NCBI GenBank assembly: GCA_965277285.1
Contig: OZ255721.1
Location: 1,376,001 to 1,440,000, forward strand
Length of the DNA: 64,000 nucleotides
Reading direction: 5' to 3'
Source of the DNA: Abditibacteriaceae bacterium
GTDB taxonomy: Bacteria; Armatimonadota; Abditibacteriia; Abditibacteriales; Abditibacteriaceae
Shown: one piece after another, positions 1 to 9,412 of the stretch
Layout of the letters: every line of letters starts with the position of its first letter
Numbering within the stretch: position 1 is the stretch's first letter
Position numbers and translations under genes: made by a program
The notes under the pieces: generated by a model
Seen by the model: only the letters and a program-made list of their open reading frames with translations
What the model was told of the DNA's origin: nothing
Database searches by the model: none

Positions 1-171
1 GCCAAACGCCACGCGCAACTCAAGCCGATCACGCCGCCGCCGATAATCCCGACATCGAAAACGTCTGCACTCATCAAGGAAATTATAAGCGATTTGAAGA
101 CGCGAAAAGTCTTTGATTTGAATCGCGCCTTCGCAAATCGACGGCGCTAAATCAAGAAACCAGAAATGCGG

Positions 172-200
172 TTGAATACGCAACGAGAATGCGCTATAAT
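172..200 (+). promoter_or_regulatory. sigma70-type promoter for tRNA operon
   Basis: TTGAAT (172-177), 17 bp, TATAAT (195-200), about 50 bp upstream of tRNA-Cys. Confidence 0.7.
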
Positions 201-250
201 GCTCATCCGCTTTGGTGTTCAAACGCTTTGGCGTTCAAAGGCGAATGTTT

Positions 251-321
251 GGCCCTGTGGCCGAGAGGTTAGGCAGCGGTCTGCAAAACCGTTTACATCG
301 GTTCGATTCCGGTCGGGGCCT
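251..321 (+). tRNA. tRNA-Cys(GCA)
   Basis: Acceptor GGCCCTG/CGGGGCC, anticodon loop CT-GCA-AA, T-loop GGTTCGATTCC; CCA not encoded. Confidence 0.95.
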
Positions 322-423
322 TCAAACGTTGGATATTATGTTGTCTTTGCTGTTGTCTCTTGTCAAGAAAGCGTACTCGATTTATAATTGAGTACGCTTT
401 TGAGAGTCCTCTTCGAGAGACCT

Positions 424-495
424 TGGGGAATGGCCAAATGGTAAGGCTCCTGATTCTGGATCAGGTAATTCTAGGTTCGAGTCCTAGTTCCCCAG
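424..495 (+). tRNA. tRNA-Gln(CTG)
   Basis: Acceptor TGGGGAA/TTCCCCA, anticodon arm CCTGA-TT-CTG-GA-TCAGG, T-loop GGTTCGAGTCC. Confidence 0.95.
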
Positions 496-497
496 TT

Positions 498-565
498 GAA
501 TGAAGGCGGAAGGATGAAGGATGAAGCCGCACGATTTCATCTTTTATCCTTCCGCCTTCATCCTT
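498..565. repeat. (GGATGAA)n/(TTCATCC)n imperfect hairpin repeat; related half-copy at about 1899-1928
   Basis: GAAGGCGGAAGGATGAAGGATGAA ... TTCATCTTTTATCCTTCCGCCTTC. Confidence 0.6.
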
Positions 566-575
566 TGTCAGAGCC

Positions 576-649
576 GGCCCGTTCGTCTAGAGGCCTAGGA
601 CATCAGATTCTCATTCTGAAGATCAGGGGTTCGAATCCCCTACGGGCTA
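576..649 (+). tRNA. tRNA-Glu(CTC)
   Basis: Acceptor GGCCCGT/ACGGGCT, anticodon arm TCAGA-TT-CTC-AT-TCTGA, T-loop GGTTCGAATCC. Confidence 0.95.
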
Positions 650-668
650 CTTTCACGTTGCACCCAAT

Positions 669-709
669 AACGACCTGCCGAGTTGCATTCGGCAGGTCGT
701 TCGTTTTTT
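669..709 (+). terminator. Rho-independent terminator after tRNA operon
   Basis: AACGACCTGCCGA..TCGGCAGGTCGTT stem followed by T-run. Confidence 0.75.
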
Positions 710-780
710 AGCAGACAGCAAAACGTCGTTCTTCTCCCAATTTCTTTCAAGACATTCGAGTACTCGATTATGGTGTTGGA

Positions 781-1332
781 TTATGGTGTTGGTTCGATAC
801 GTTCCGGTCGAATCAACTTCCAGAAGCGTTGTGAATAGCGCGCGACAAGCGGGCGGAAGATGGTGAGAAGAAGCCATGTATTCCAAAACACGAGGGAAAA
901 GACATCGTGCGCTTGCATTTCTGCCTGGTTTGATATTGGAATCAGAGTAAAACGCAAAAACAGCAGAATAGCGATTGCCGTTTCGGTAAAAATGGCAAAG
1001 AAGGCGAGCCAGATGACCTCGCCTTGCTCTTTTCTGAGAAAGCGCCGATGCCAGAACCCGAGCGCAATTAACAAGAGCCACAAAACTCCTTCGCCAATAA
1101 GGAGCGACCACAAACCGCCGGAATCATACGGTTTCTTCTGCCTTATCGCATGAAGATGCGCCCAGTAAAGCGTCGTCTCTGTCATCGTCCAGGTGCCCAG
1201 AGCAAGAAAGAAGGCACACAACATTCCAAGCAGGCTGATGGAAAGCACCGCGCGTTCACGCCAGCGCCACGTTAGGCCGTGAACCATCCACGCACCCACG
1301 TTACCCAGAATCGCTGCCAAGAGAATCGTCAT
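781..1332 (-). CDS. hypothetical multi-pass membrane protein (paralog of 1356-1856)
   Basis: Several hydrophobic helices; C-terminus IFRPLVARYSQRFWKLIRPERIEPTP nearly identical to neighbour. Confidence 0.75.
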   Translation of the reverse strand: MTILLAAILGNVGAWMVHGLTWRWRERAVLSISLLGMLCAFFLALGTWTMTETTLYWAHLHAIRQKKPYDSGGLWSLLIGEGVLWLLLIALGFWHRRFLRKEQGEVIWLAFFAIFTETAIAILLFLRFTLIPISNQAEMQAHDVFSLVFWNTWLLLTIFRPLVARYSQRFWKLIRPERIEPTP

Positions 1333-1355
1333 AAAAGGTTCATCCGAGTACTCGA

Positions 1356-1856
1356 TTATGGTGCGGGTTCAATGTGTTCCGGTCGAATCAAATGCCAGAA
1401 GCGTTGTGAGTAACGGACGACGAGCGGGCGAAAAATGGCAAGTAGCAGAAGTGTGAGGGAAAAGGTCAGAAGGTAAGCATTTATAGGTGAATCGAATGCA
1501 ACAGAGGAAGTAAACGCGCAACAAAGTCCGATAAATGCTACTACGAAAGATAAAAGAATCTCGGCGACAAACGCCCAAACAGCGAAGATGCCTGGATCTT
1601 TTTCGCCCGCTATCCATCGGGATTGCAGACATCCTATTGAAACGATGCCAATCCAAAGAAGCGCCGCGCAGCACCATACATAAAAATGGAAGAAGTCGCT
1701 AAGCACACCCACTAGAGTGAGAAACGCCAGCGGCACGCTGCACAATCCTCCGAATACGCCGATCCATTTCAAACCATGTTGACGCAGCCACCATGTCACC
1801 AAGTGAACGCACCACGCCAACACGTTGCCCAACATCACTCCCAGAAAAATTGCCAT
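1356..1856 (-). CDS. hypothetical multi-pass membrane protein (paralog of 781-1332)
   Basis: Start MAIFLGVMLGNV chosen by alignment to paralog MTILLAAILGNV; shared C-terminus. Confidence 0.75.
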   Translation of the reverse strand: MAIFLGVMLGNVLAWCVHLVTWWLRQHGLKWIGVFGGLCSVPLAFLTLVGVLSDFFHFYVWCCAALLWIGIVSIGCLQSRWIAGEKDPGIFAVWAFVAEILLSFVVAFIGLCCAFTSSVAFDSPINAYLLTFSLTLLLLAIFRPLVVRYSQRFWHLIRPEHIEPAP

Positions 1857-1934
1857 GTCAATATAAAAACGAGTACTCGAAAGCCCATCGAGTACTCGTT
1901 TCATCCTTCATCTTTCCGCCTTCATCCTTGCCGT

Positions 1935-3329
1935 TTAGCCGCCACCGCCGCCACTTCCTTTAATGCCGCCTTCGGTCATGCTGCGTGCGTTCAAAAGTTC
2001 GGTCAATTGGGCTTCGCTGAGGTCGGTGTTTTCCAGCGCGACATCTTTCAAGGTGCGCTTCTCTTTGTACGCCTGTTTCGCAATGGCGGCGCCTTTTTCG
2101 TAGCCGATAACAGGATTCAAAACTGTCACCATGATCGGGTTTTTGTCCACCAAATCGGACAGCGCGGCTTGGTTGACCGTAAAACCGCTGATCGCTTTGT
2201 CGGCCAGGACGCGCGTCACGTTGCCCAGCAGCGTGATGCTTTGCAGAAGATTCATCGCAATGACGGGCAGCATCACGTTCAACTGGAAGTTGCCGCTGGC
2301 GTTGCTCATCGAAATCGTCACGTCGTTGCCGATGACTTGCGCGCACACCATCATCGTCGCTTCGGGAATCACAGGATTGATTTTGCCCGGCATAATCGAA
2401 GAACCTGGCTGCAAACTGGGCAAGACGATTTCGCCCAATCCAGCTTGCGGGCCACTGTTCATCCAGCGCAAATCGTTGGCGATTTTGAATAATCCCGAAG
2501 CCAGAGTTTTCAATTGTCCCGACACTTCGACGGCGGTGTCCATCGCGCTTTGCGCCGCGAAATGGTTGCGCGTTTCGATGAAGGGGACGTGCGTTAATTG
2601 TCCCAGATGTGAGGCCAGCAAGCGCCCAAATTGCGGGTGCGCGTTGATGCCGGTTCCGACCGCTGTGCCGCCGGTTGCCAGTTCCAAAAGTCGCGGCATC
2701 GAGTTGAGAAAACGCTCAATCGAGTACTCGATCTGCGCCGCCCAGCCGCCGATTTCCTGTCCCAGACGAATTGGCATCGCGTCCATCAAATGCGTGCGTC
2801 CGGTTTTTACAACGTCGTCGGTTTGTGCCGAACGCTGGCGCAAAACCGTCAATAAATGGCGCAAGGCGGGCAGCAAATTGTCGTGGATTTCAATTGCGGC
2901 GGCGACGTGAATCGCAGCCGGAATCACGTCGTTGCTCGATTGTCCGCTATTCACGTCATCGTTGGGATGAACTTGCAGGCCGCCCTGCGACGCCAAATTT
3001 GCGATCACTTCGTTGGCGTTCATGTTGGTCGAAGTGCCGCTGCCAGTCTGGAACACGTCAATGGGAAATTGGTTGCTGTGCGCGCCGCTGGCGACTTCTT
3101 TGGCGGCTTTGACAATGGCGTCGGCTTTGTCTTGCGGCAGCAAACCCAGTTCGGTGTTCGCTTGCGCGGCGGCGGCTTTGATAAGAGCCAGAGCGCGAAT
3201 AAAGCTATGCGGAAAGGTGATGCCGGAAATCGGGAAGTTTTCGACCGCGCGTTGTGTTTGCGCGGCGTAAAGTGCGTCTTCGGGGACTTGCATTTCGCCC
3301 ATCGAATCGCGTTCGGTGCGTGTGTTCAT
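1935..3329 (-). CDS. fumC: class II fumarate hydratase
   Basis: RTERDSMGE, QTGSGTSTNMNANEV, GRTHLMDA and the GSSIMPGKINP signature. Confidence 0.95.
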   Translation of the reverse strand: MNTRTERDSMGEMQVPEDALYAAQTQRAVENFPISGITFPHSFIRALALIKAAAAQANTELGLLPQDKADAIVKAAKEVASGAHSNQFPIDVFQTGSGTSTNMNANEVIANLASQGGLQVHPNDDVNSGQSSNDVIPAAIHVAAAIEIHDNLLPALRHLLTVLRQRSAQTDDVVKTGRTHLMDAMPIRLGQEIGGWAAQIEYSIERFLNSMPRLLELATGGTAVGTGINAHPQFGRLLASHLGQLTHVPFIETRNHFAAQSAMDTAVEVSGQLKTLASGLFKIANDLRWMNSGPQAGLGEIVLPSLQPGSSIMPGKINPVIPEATMMVCAQVIGNDVTISMSNASGNFQLNVMLPVIAMNLLQSITLLGNVTRVLADKAISGFTVNQAALSDLVDKNPIMVTVLNPVIGYEKGAAIAKQAYKEKRTLKDVALENTDLSEAQLTELLNARSMTEGGIKGSGGGGG

Positions 3330-4984
3330 AATTGCTTGTTCTCCTGATGAGGTTTCTTCTTACGACGAAAACGGGAAGTCAAGGCGTCGAGTTCGGGCAA
3401 GTGAAACAGCGACGCGACAAGAATAAAGATTCCAAGCGCGACAGTGGAACCTGAAACGATGGCGAAAACATCCGCCGTTTTGCCGATTGTTGCGGCGCGC
3501 GTAAATACGGCGACAACCGCGCTCGAAGCCGCAAACGCCGCAAACGCCGCCGCGCCGCCGCAAACGAGTACTCGAATCGTCGCGCCGTTGTCCCAGCCGC
3601 CCCAGGTTTGGCGCAGTGCGCGTGCCATCAAAACCGACAGCAGCGAAGTCGCAATTGCCGCGCACAACGCCAAACTCCAGGCGGCGGGCGCAAGGTTCAG
3701 CGACGCGAAGGCCAGCGCGCAAAATACCAGAACAGACACGATCCCCGCGATAATCGGCGGACGCGTTTGTCCCATCGCGTAAAAGCCGCGCGCCAGCAAT
3801 TGTTGCGCGCCCAGCCCGACGATGCACAACGCGTAGCACGCCAGAACCGGCGCGGTGTGCGCAGTCGCTCGCGCATCGAACGCGCCGTGCTGCAACAGCA
3901 AGCCGATAACTGGCACGCGCAACGAGGCCAGAAGCGCGGTCGCCAGCAACGTCATCAGCAACGAGCGGCGCAATGTCGAAGTCAATTGCGATTGCATTTC
4001 CGTACGGTTGCCCTGCGATGCCAGAAGGGAAAGCGTCGGATAAAGCGCGATGGCCGGGCCGGACGCCAGCAAGTCGAGCGGCACTTGCATCAAGCGATTG
4101 GCGTAACCGAGGGTTGGTAGTTCGCCGTTTGGCAAATACAACGCGAAAAAACGCGCCAGATTCAGGGCGATGATTTGTCCACTGGCCAGGCCGAAAACAA
4201 TCGGCAGCAACGAAACGAGTACGCGACGCACGCCCGCATCGTTCAAATCCCACAAAGGCCGCAAACTCAAGCCGTTGCGCACCACAGCGGGCGCCTGAAT
4301 CAACAGCGAACCGACAATCGCACCGACGAGCGCGCCCCACGCCTGACTTTCAATGCCCATGCCCAGAAAATGCGGCAAAGCGATACCGAAAACGATGATG
4401 CCCAGATTGAAAACGACTGGCTGCAACGCGGGATACCAAAAGCGGCGCAAAGCGTTCAGCGTTCCCGTGAAAAGCCCGCCCAGCACAAAGAAGAACTGCG
4501 CCACCAACAAAATGCGCAATAAGTGCGAAAAGAACTGCATATAATGCGCGTCGCCGCGGAACTTGACGGGCGCCAGAAATTGTCCCCACGGCGTGTAAGT
4601 CAGCGCGAACAAAACGAGCGTAATCAATCCGAAAGCGCAACCCAACAGCGTCCACATGGCGCGGAAAGTGCGTTGTGCTTCGGCTTGTCGTCCTTGCGAA
4701 ATGAGTTCGGTAAAAACCGGCACGAAACCGGTCGCAAGCGCGCCGCCCGCGATTAAGATGGTGATCGTATCGGGAATATTGAAAGCGGCTTCAAAGGCGG
4801 CAGCTTGCATGTTGGTTCCATACAAGTGCGAAACCAGAATCATGCGCCCGAAACCCGTCAGGCGCGATAAGGCGATCATCAGCGCCATCACCAGCGAAGC
4901 GCGCCCGACCGTCATGCTTTGCGAGATTTCAATGGTGCGCGCAGTTTGTGTCGAATCGCTTTGCGAAGAAGAAGTTGTCGTCAT
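3326..4984 (-). CDS. murJ: lipid II flippase MurJ/MviN
   Basis: SRLTGFGR, AFNIPD, GALATGFVPVF, YANRLMQVP, ARGFYAMGQTRPP; many TM helices; start set to ATG 4984. Confidence 0.92.
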   Translation of the reverse strand: MTTTSSSQSDSTQTARTIEISQSMTVGRASLVMALMIALSRLTGFGRMILVSHLYGTNMQAAAFEAAFNIPDTITILIAGGALATGFVPVFTELISQGRQAEAQRTFRAMWTLLGCAFGLITLVLFALTYTPWGQFLAPVKFRGDAHYMQFFSHLLRILLVAQFFFVLGGLFTGTLNALRRFWYPALQPVVFNLGIIVFGIALPHFLGMGIESQAWGALVGAIVGSLLIQAPAVVRNGLSLRPLWDLNDAGVRRVLVSLLPIVFGLASGQIIALNLARFFALYLPNGELPTLGYANRLMQVPLDLLASGPAIALYPTLSLLASQGNRTEMQSQLTSTLRRSLLMTLLATALLASLRVPVIGLLLQHGAFDARATAHTAPVLACYALCIVGLGAQQLLARGFYAMGQTRPPIIAGIVSVLVFCALAFASLNLAPAAWSLALCAAIATSLLSVLMARALRQTWGGWDNGATIRVLVCGGAAAFAAFAASSAVVAVFTRAATIGKTADVFAIVSGSTVALGIFILVASLFHLPELDALTSRFRRKKKPHQENKQL

Positions 4985-5149
4985 AAAGAATGTTCTCTTC
5001 GATTGTACTAAAGGCGCGGCAGTTGAGAATCCTTTATCGAGTACTCGAACGAGGTAACAAGTATCGAAAAGTACTGCGCAAATAAGCCTGCGGGACGTCA
5101 TTCTCTATTCACTGGCGCAGATTCCTTAATCTGGTAGTAGAATCAGCCT

Positions 5150-6256
5150 ATGAGCAACTTCTCCATTCAAGCCCTTTCTCCGCGTGATGCGCTGCATTTG
5201 CCTGGGTTTCTGTCGTTGGCGGCACAGGAACAAAGCGCCGAAATTGCGCTGCAAAACCCTGATCTGGCACGTTATGTCAGTGACTGGGGTCGCCCCGGCG
5301 ATTGTGGCGTTGCCGCTTTGAGCGATGATGGCCAACTTATCGGCATAGCTTGGGCGCGGCTTTGGAGCGGCGAGGATCGTGGCTTTGGATTTGTGGATGA
5401 ACTCACGCCGGAAATGTCAATCGCCGTATTGGAGAGTGTTCGAGGGGAGGTTATCGGCACGTCTTTAATCGAAGCTCTCAAATGCCGGTTACGCGCGTTA
5501 AGATTGGCAGCACGTTGGGACGCGCGGCATCAAAAAATGGTGCCGGTTCACCAACCAGTCGAGGTTTACCAACCGGAAATGGAAATCTCGCCCTCGTTTG
5601 TTTCGCTCAGCGTCCGCAACGATTCGCTCGCGCCTGCGCTTTATGCACGGTGCGGTTTTGAACCTGTGGCAGGCAGCGAACAAATAAATCGCGCTGGCGG
5701 CATTTCGCAAACCTGGTGCGCACCTTTGAACGAAGACGGAGATTGGCGCAGCGGCACAATGGATCGCTCGGTCAATACGAACTGGGCAGGCGCGCCAGAC
5801 GACTTTGTCAGCATTGATTTTTACTACAACCTGCGGTTCTCTCTGTTCGATGAGAACGACTGGAAACTCTTCCACGAATTGATGCGTTCGCTTCCAGGCC
5901 GCGAAGCTGCTGTCGAAGAGGGAACGCAGGGGGACTTTGATGAACAGACATTCTGGGCTTACTTCGGTCCCGAACCTGTCAAAGCGGCAGTCCACTGGAG
6001 CCATCTGGGAGCTTACATCGAAGATGATTTGCACGTGATGGGCGATCTTAAGTGGGAAGAATGGTGTGCCTGGGAGAACGCTTGGAGCGGGCCTGCGCGC
6101 AGCCTGCCGCATGGCTTAAAACAGGACGAATCACCAGAATTGCGAGAGCTACGCGCAGCATTGAAAATGACAGAACAAGCACTGGTTCGAGACCGCGAAG
6201 AAAACTGCAAGATGCGTCTGCGCTTGCGCCAGTTGGAAGAAACGTCTTTCAGCTGA
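5150..6256 (+). CDS. GNAT N-acetyltransferase with unknown C-terminal extension
   Basis: YVSDWGRPGD, IGIAWARL, GFGFVDELTPEMSIAV, LSV..A..LYARCGF. Confidence 0.7.
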   Translation: MSNFSIQALSPRDALHLPGFLSLAAQEQSAEIALQNPDLARYVSDWGRPGDCGVAALSDDGQLIGIAWARLWSGEDRGFGFVDELTPEMSIAVLESVRGEVIGTSLIEALKCRLRALRLAARWDARHQKMVPVHQPVEVYQPEMEISPSFVSLSVRNDSLAPALYARCGFEPVAGSEQINRAGGISQTWCAPLNEDGDWRSGTMDRSVNTNWAGAPDDFVSIDFYYNLRFSLFDENDWKLFHELMRSLPGREAAVEEGTQGDFDEQTFWAYFGPEPVKAAVHWSHLGAYIEDDLHVMGDLKWEEWCAWENAWSGPARSLPHGLKQDESPELRELRAALKMTEQALVRDREENCKMRLRLRQLEETSFS

Positions 6257-6510
6257 TTCCCTAAGCCTTTCAAGATGATGAACGAACCTTGCACGATCAA
6301 TCAAATAAAACCGTCGAGTACTCGATAAGATGGCTTTTACACTTGCTCTGCTGCGGTCTATATCATAGTGTGTGTTTTGAACGCCAGCTTTGTACCAGAT
6401 ACACTTTCGCGCTGCGCGACGGCAGCTAAGTTGCTTGCAGGTCTACGAAAGAGCGCGTTCAATTGCGCCACCGCGTATCACCATTTGGTCGATCAGGAGA
6501 GAGGTTTTCG

Positions 6511-7596
6511 ATGGACAAGAAAAAAATTCGCGTCGCCATTGTGGGCGTTGGCAATTGCGCGTCCGCTTTAATACAAGGCGTCGAATTCTACAAAGAGGCC
6601 GACGAGAACGATTTCGTGCCCGGCCTGATGCACGTCAATCTGGGCGGCTACCATGTGCGTGACATCGAATTTGTGGCGGCCTTCGATGTCAACGTTCTCA
6701 AAGTCGGGCAATGCCTGAGCAAAGCGATTTTCGCCAAGCCTAACAACACTTTCAAGTTTTCTGATGTGCCGTGCAACGGCGTCGTCGTGCAGCGTGGCCA
6801 AACGCTCGACGGACTGGGCAAATATCTCAAAGAAGTGATTGCAGAGTCGACAGATGAAAGCGTTGATGTCGCGCAAGCCTTGAAAGACGCAGGCGCCGAA
6901 GTCCTGATTTCCTATTTGCCCGTCGGCAGCGAAGACGCAACCAGATATTACGCCGAACAAGCTCTTGAAGCGGGTTGTGGGTTTATCAATTGCGTGCCCA
7001 GTTTCATCGCGTCTAAAGCGGAATGGGCGAAACGTTTTGAAGAACGTGGCTTGCCAATCATCGGCGACGACATCAAATCGCAAGTCGGCGCGACGATCAC
7101 ACATCGAGTACTCACAAACCTGTTCCGCGAGCGCGGCGTGCGCTTGGACAGAACGTATCAGTTGAACTTTGGCGGCAATACCGATTTTCAGAATATGCTG
7201 GAGCGCGAGCGTTTGGAATCGAAGAAGATTTCCAAGACCAACGCCGTGACGAGCCAGTTGGATTATGAAATTTCTAATGACAACGCGCACGTCGGGCCGA
7301 GCGATTACGTGCCGTGGCTCGAAGACCGCAAGTTCTGCTACATCCGCATGGAAGGCACGACGTTCGGCAACGTGCCGCTTTCTTGCGAACTGAAACTCGA
7401 AGTGTGGGATTCGCCCAACTCCGCCGGTGTCGTGATCGACGCCGTGCGCTGCATCAAACTCGCGCTGGATCGCAAAATTGGCGGCGCTTTAACCAGCGCG
7501 TCCAGTTATCTGATGAAAACGCCGCCGCAACAATTCAAAGACAGCGAAGCGCACGAAAAAGTCGAAGCGTTCATTCGCGGCGAAGAAGCACGCTAA
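6511..7596 (+). CDS. ino1: myo-inositol-1-phosphate synthase
   Basis: [58 protein letters not shown] before ATG 6511. Confidence 0.95.
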   Translation: MDKKKIRVAIVGVGNCASALIQGVEFYKEADENDFVPGLMHVNLGGYHVRDIEFVAAFDVNVLKVGQCLSKAIFAKPNNTFKFSDVPCNGVVVQRGQTLDGLGKYLKEVIAESTDESVDVAQALKDAGAEVLISYLPVGSEDATRYYAEQALEAGCGFINCVPSFIASKAEWAKRFEERGLPIIGDDIKSQVGATITHRVLTNLFRERGVRLDRTYQLNFGGNTDFQNMLERERLESKKISKTNAVTSQLDYEISNDNAHVGPSDYVPWLEDRKFCYIRMEGTTFGNVPLSCELKLEVWDSPNSAGVVIDAVRCIKLALDRKIGGALTSASSYLMKTPPQQFKDSEAHEKVEAFIRGEEAR

Positions 7597-7666
7597 TTGA
7601 GAGTATCGAGTACTCGAAATCGGACATGGCAAACCATTTCTCTACGAAAAAGCATAAAGGAAACTG

Positions 7667-8623
7667 ATGATCGATTCGGTCATGTTTTGGAACGAACCCA
7701 ACAACAAATCGCACTGGGATTTTGAACGCCTCGATCCCGAATGGCGCATTTTCTCCGACATGGTGAACCTGGCGTCGCAAGCTGTCGCCAGCGAAAACCC
7801 GCAACTGATTCGCGTTCTTGGTGGAATGTCGCCGATTGATGCCGGTTGGGTTCAGCGAATGCAGAGTCAGGGCACGCTCGATCATTTGAACGCGGTTGCG
7901 GTGCATGGTTTTCCTCTCGATTGGAACCATTGGAAGTTGGACGAATGGCCGGACAAAATCGAAGAAATCAAAGCCGTAACCAATTTGCCGGTCTGGGTTT
8001 CAGAAGTCGGCATTTCAACTTTTGGGGCCGAAGAAGTCCAAGATTGGGGATTGCAGCGCACCGCCGAACTGTTGCGCGGGAAAGCGCCGCGCATTCACTG
8101 GTATAGCCTGTTCGATTTGCCGCGCGCTTGGCCTGCGACAACGCGCCACCGCGAAGCCGAAGGTTCGTCCTATTATCGCCACTTTTATCTGGGATTGATC
8201 CGTGAAGACGGCACGCCCAAACCGGCGTATTATCATTTTCGCAACTGCGCGCCCGATATGGGCATTTGCCAGTGGTTTCATTACCAAGACCCGCGTTTGG
8301 ACGATGCCGTCAAACACTTGCGCGAAATGGGCGTGACGTACATTCGCACTGGCCTGAGTTGGGCGGATGTGTTTCGCCCGAACGCTTTGGAATGGTTCGA
8401 CCGCCAGATGACGGCTTTGGAAGAGTTCAACGTGACGGTCACGTTCTGCTTCACGCCGGAGCATCGCAGCCTGGCGCTGGAGTGCGGGCAAGAGCCGCAT
8501 CACACCAGCCCGCCGCAACAAATCGAAGAATACGCCCAATTCTGCGCCGACATGATTCGCCGTTATGCGCCTGGCCAAACCGTTCACGCACCGCAGGATT
8601 CGGCTATTCTCAGTGCGAGTTAA
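7667..8623 (+). CDS. clan GH-A glycoside hydrolase-like protein (often annotated beta-xylosidase), apparently circularly permuted
   Basis: WNEP acid/base motif at residues 8-11, PVWVSE nucleophile motif, GL..DG.PKPAY. Confidence 0.75.
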   Translation: MIDSVMFWNEPNNKSHWDFERLDPEWRIFSDMVNLASQAVASENPQLIRVLGGMSPIDAGWVQRMQSQGTLDHLNAVAVHGFPLDWNHWKLDEWPDKIEEIKAVTNLPVWVSEVGISTFGAEEVQDWGLQRTAELLRGKAPRIHWYSLFDLPRAWPATTRHREAEGSSYYRHFYLGLIREDGTPKPAYYHFRNCAPDMGICQWFHYQDPRLDDAVKHLREMGVTYIRTGLSWADVFRPNALEWFDRQMTALEEFNVTVTFCFTPEHRSLALECGQEPHHTSPPQQIEEYAQFCADMIRRYAPGQTVHAPQDSAILSAS

Positions 8624-8624
8624 A

Positions 8625-8755
8625 TCGAGTACTGGAATATCCACAAAGATCACAGAGAACACAAAGAATTCAAAAGAGGGCTGATGTAACTGTTATCTCA
8701 TGTTTCTCTTTTCCTTTGTGTTCTCTGTGATCTTTGTGGATATTCCAGTACTCGA
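8625..8755. repeat. MITE/REP-like inverted repeat (CACAGAG family) whose ends are variant palindromes
   Basis: TCGAGTACTGGAATATCCACAAAGATCACAGAGAACACAAAG ... reverse complement ending CCAGTACTCGA. Confidence 0.8.
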
Positions 8756-8764
8756 AGTTCCTTT

Positions 8765-9376
8765 ATGACTGTTTTCTATCTTGTTCGTCACGCGCTACAT
8801 TTATTTGGCGGCGATAAAATCGCGGGGCACACGCCGGATGTGCATCTCAGTCCCAAAGGTTGGCAGCAAGCCGAACGCTTGAGCGAACTCTTGTCGAAAG
8901 TCGAGTTTGAAGCGATTTATACCAGCCCGATGGAGCGAACGCAGGAAACCGCAAGCGCCATTGCCGCGCATCAAAATACGCAACCTCAAGTGCGAGATGA
9001 AATCAACGAACTCGATTTCGGCGATTGGAGCGGACAACGTTTAGACGATCTGCGACCACAAGAAAATTGGAAACAGTTCAACGCTTTTCGCAGCGGAATG
9101 CGCGCGCCCAACGGCGAACTGATGCTGGAAACGCAAAGCCGCATCGTGACTTTCATGCAAGGCTTGCGGACGCAGCATCCACAAGGCAACGTCGCGCTCG
9201 TCAGTCACGGCGATGTGATTAAATCTGCGGTCGCCTATTATATGGGCGTGCCAATTGACTTGTTCCAGCGCATCGAAATCAGTCCGGCTTCGGTTTGCGT
9301 GATTGCCATCAGCGATTACGGCCCGTGGATTTGGGGCATCAATTATACGGGCGACTTGCCGGAAGTGCCGTCCTGA
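8765..9376 (+). CDS. histidine phosphatase family protein
   Basis: LVRHA, SPMERTQETA, ELDFGDWSG, LVSHGDVI. Confidence 0.9.
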   Translation: MTVFYLVRHALHLFGGDKIAGHTPDVHLSPKGWQQAERLSELLSKVEFEAIYTSPMERTQETASAIAAHQNTQPQVRDEINELDFGDWSGQRLDDLRPQENWKQFNAFRSGMRAPNGELMLETQSRIVTFMQGLRTQHPQGNVALVSHGDVIKSAVAYYMGVPIDLFQRIEISPASVCVIAISDYGPWIWGINYTGDLPEVPS

Positions 9377-9384
9377 AATCGCCC

Positions 9385-9412
9385 GTAGAGACGCAGCAAG
9401 CTCCGTCTCTAC
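9385..9412. repeat. GTAG-type REP-like hairpin
   Basis: GTAGAGACG..CGTCTCTAC between convergent genes. Confidence 0.6.
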
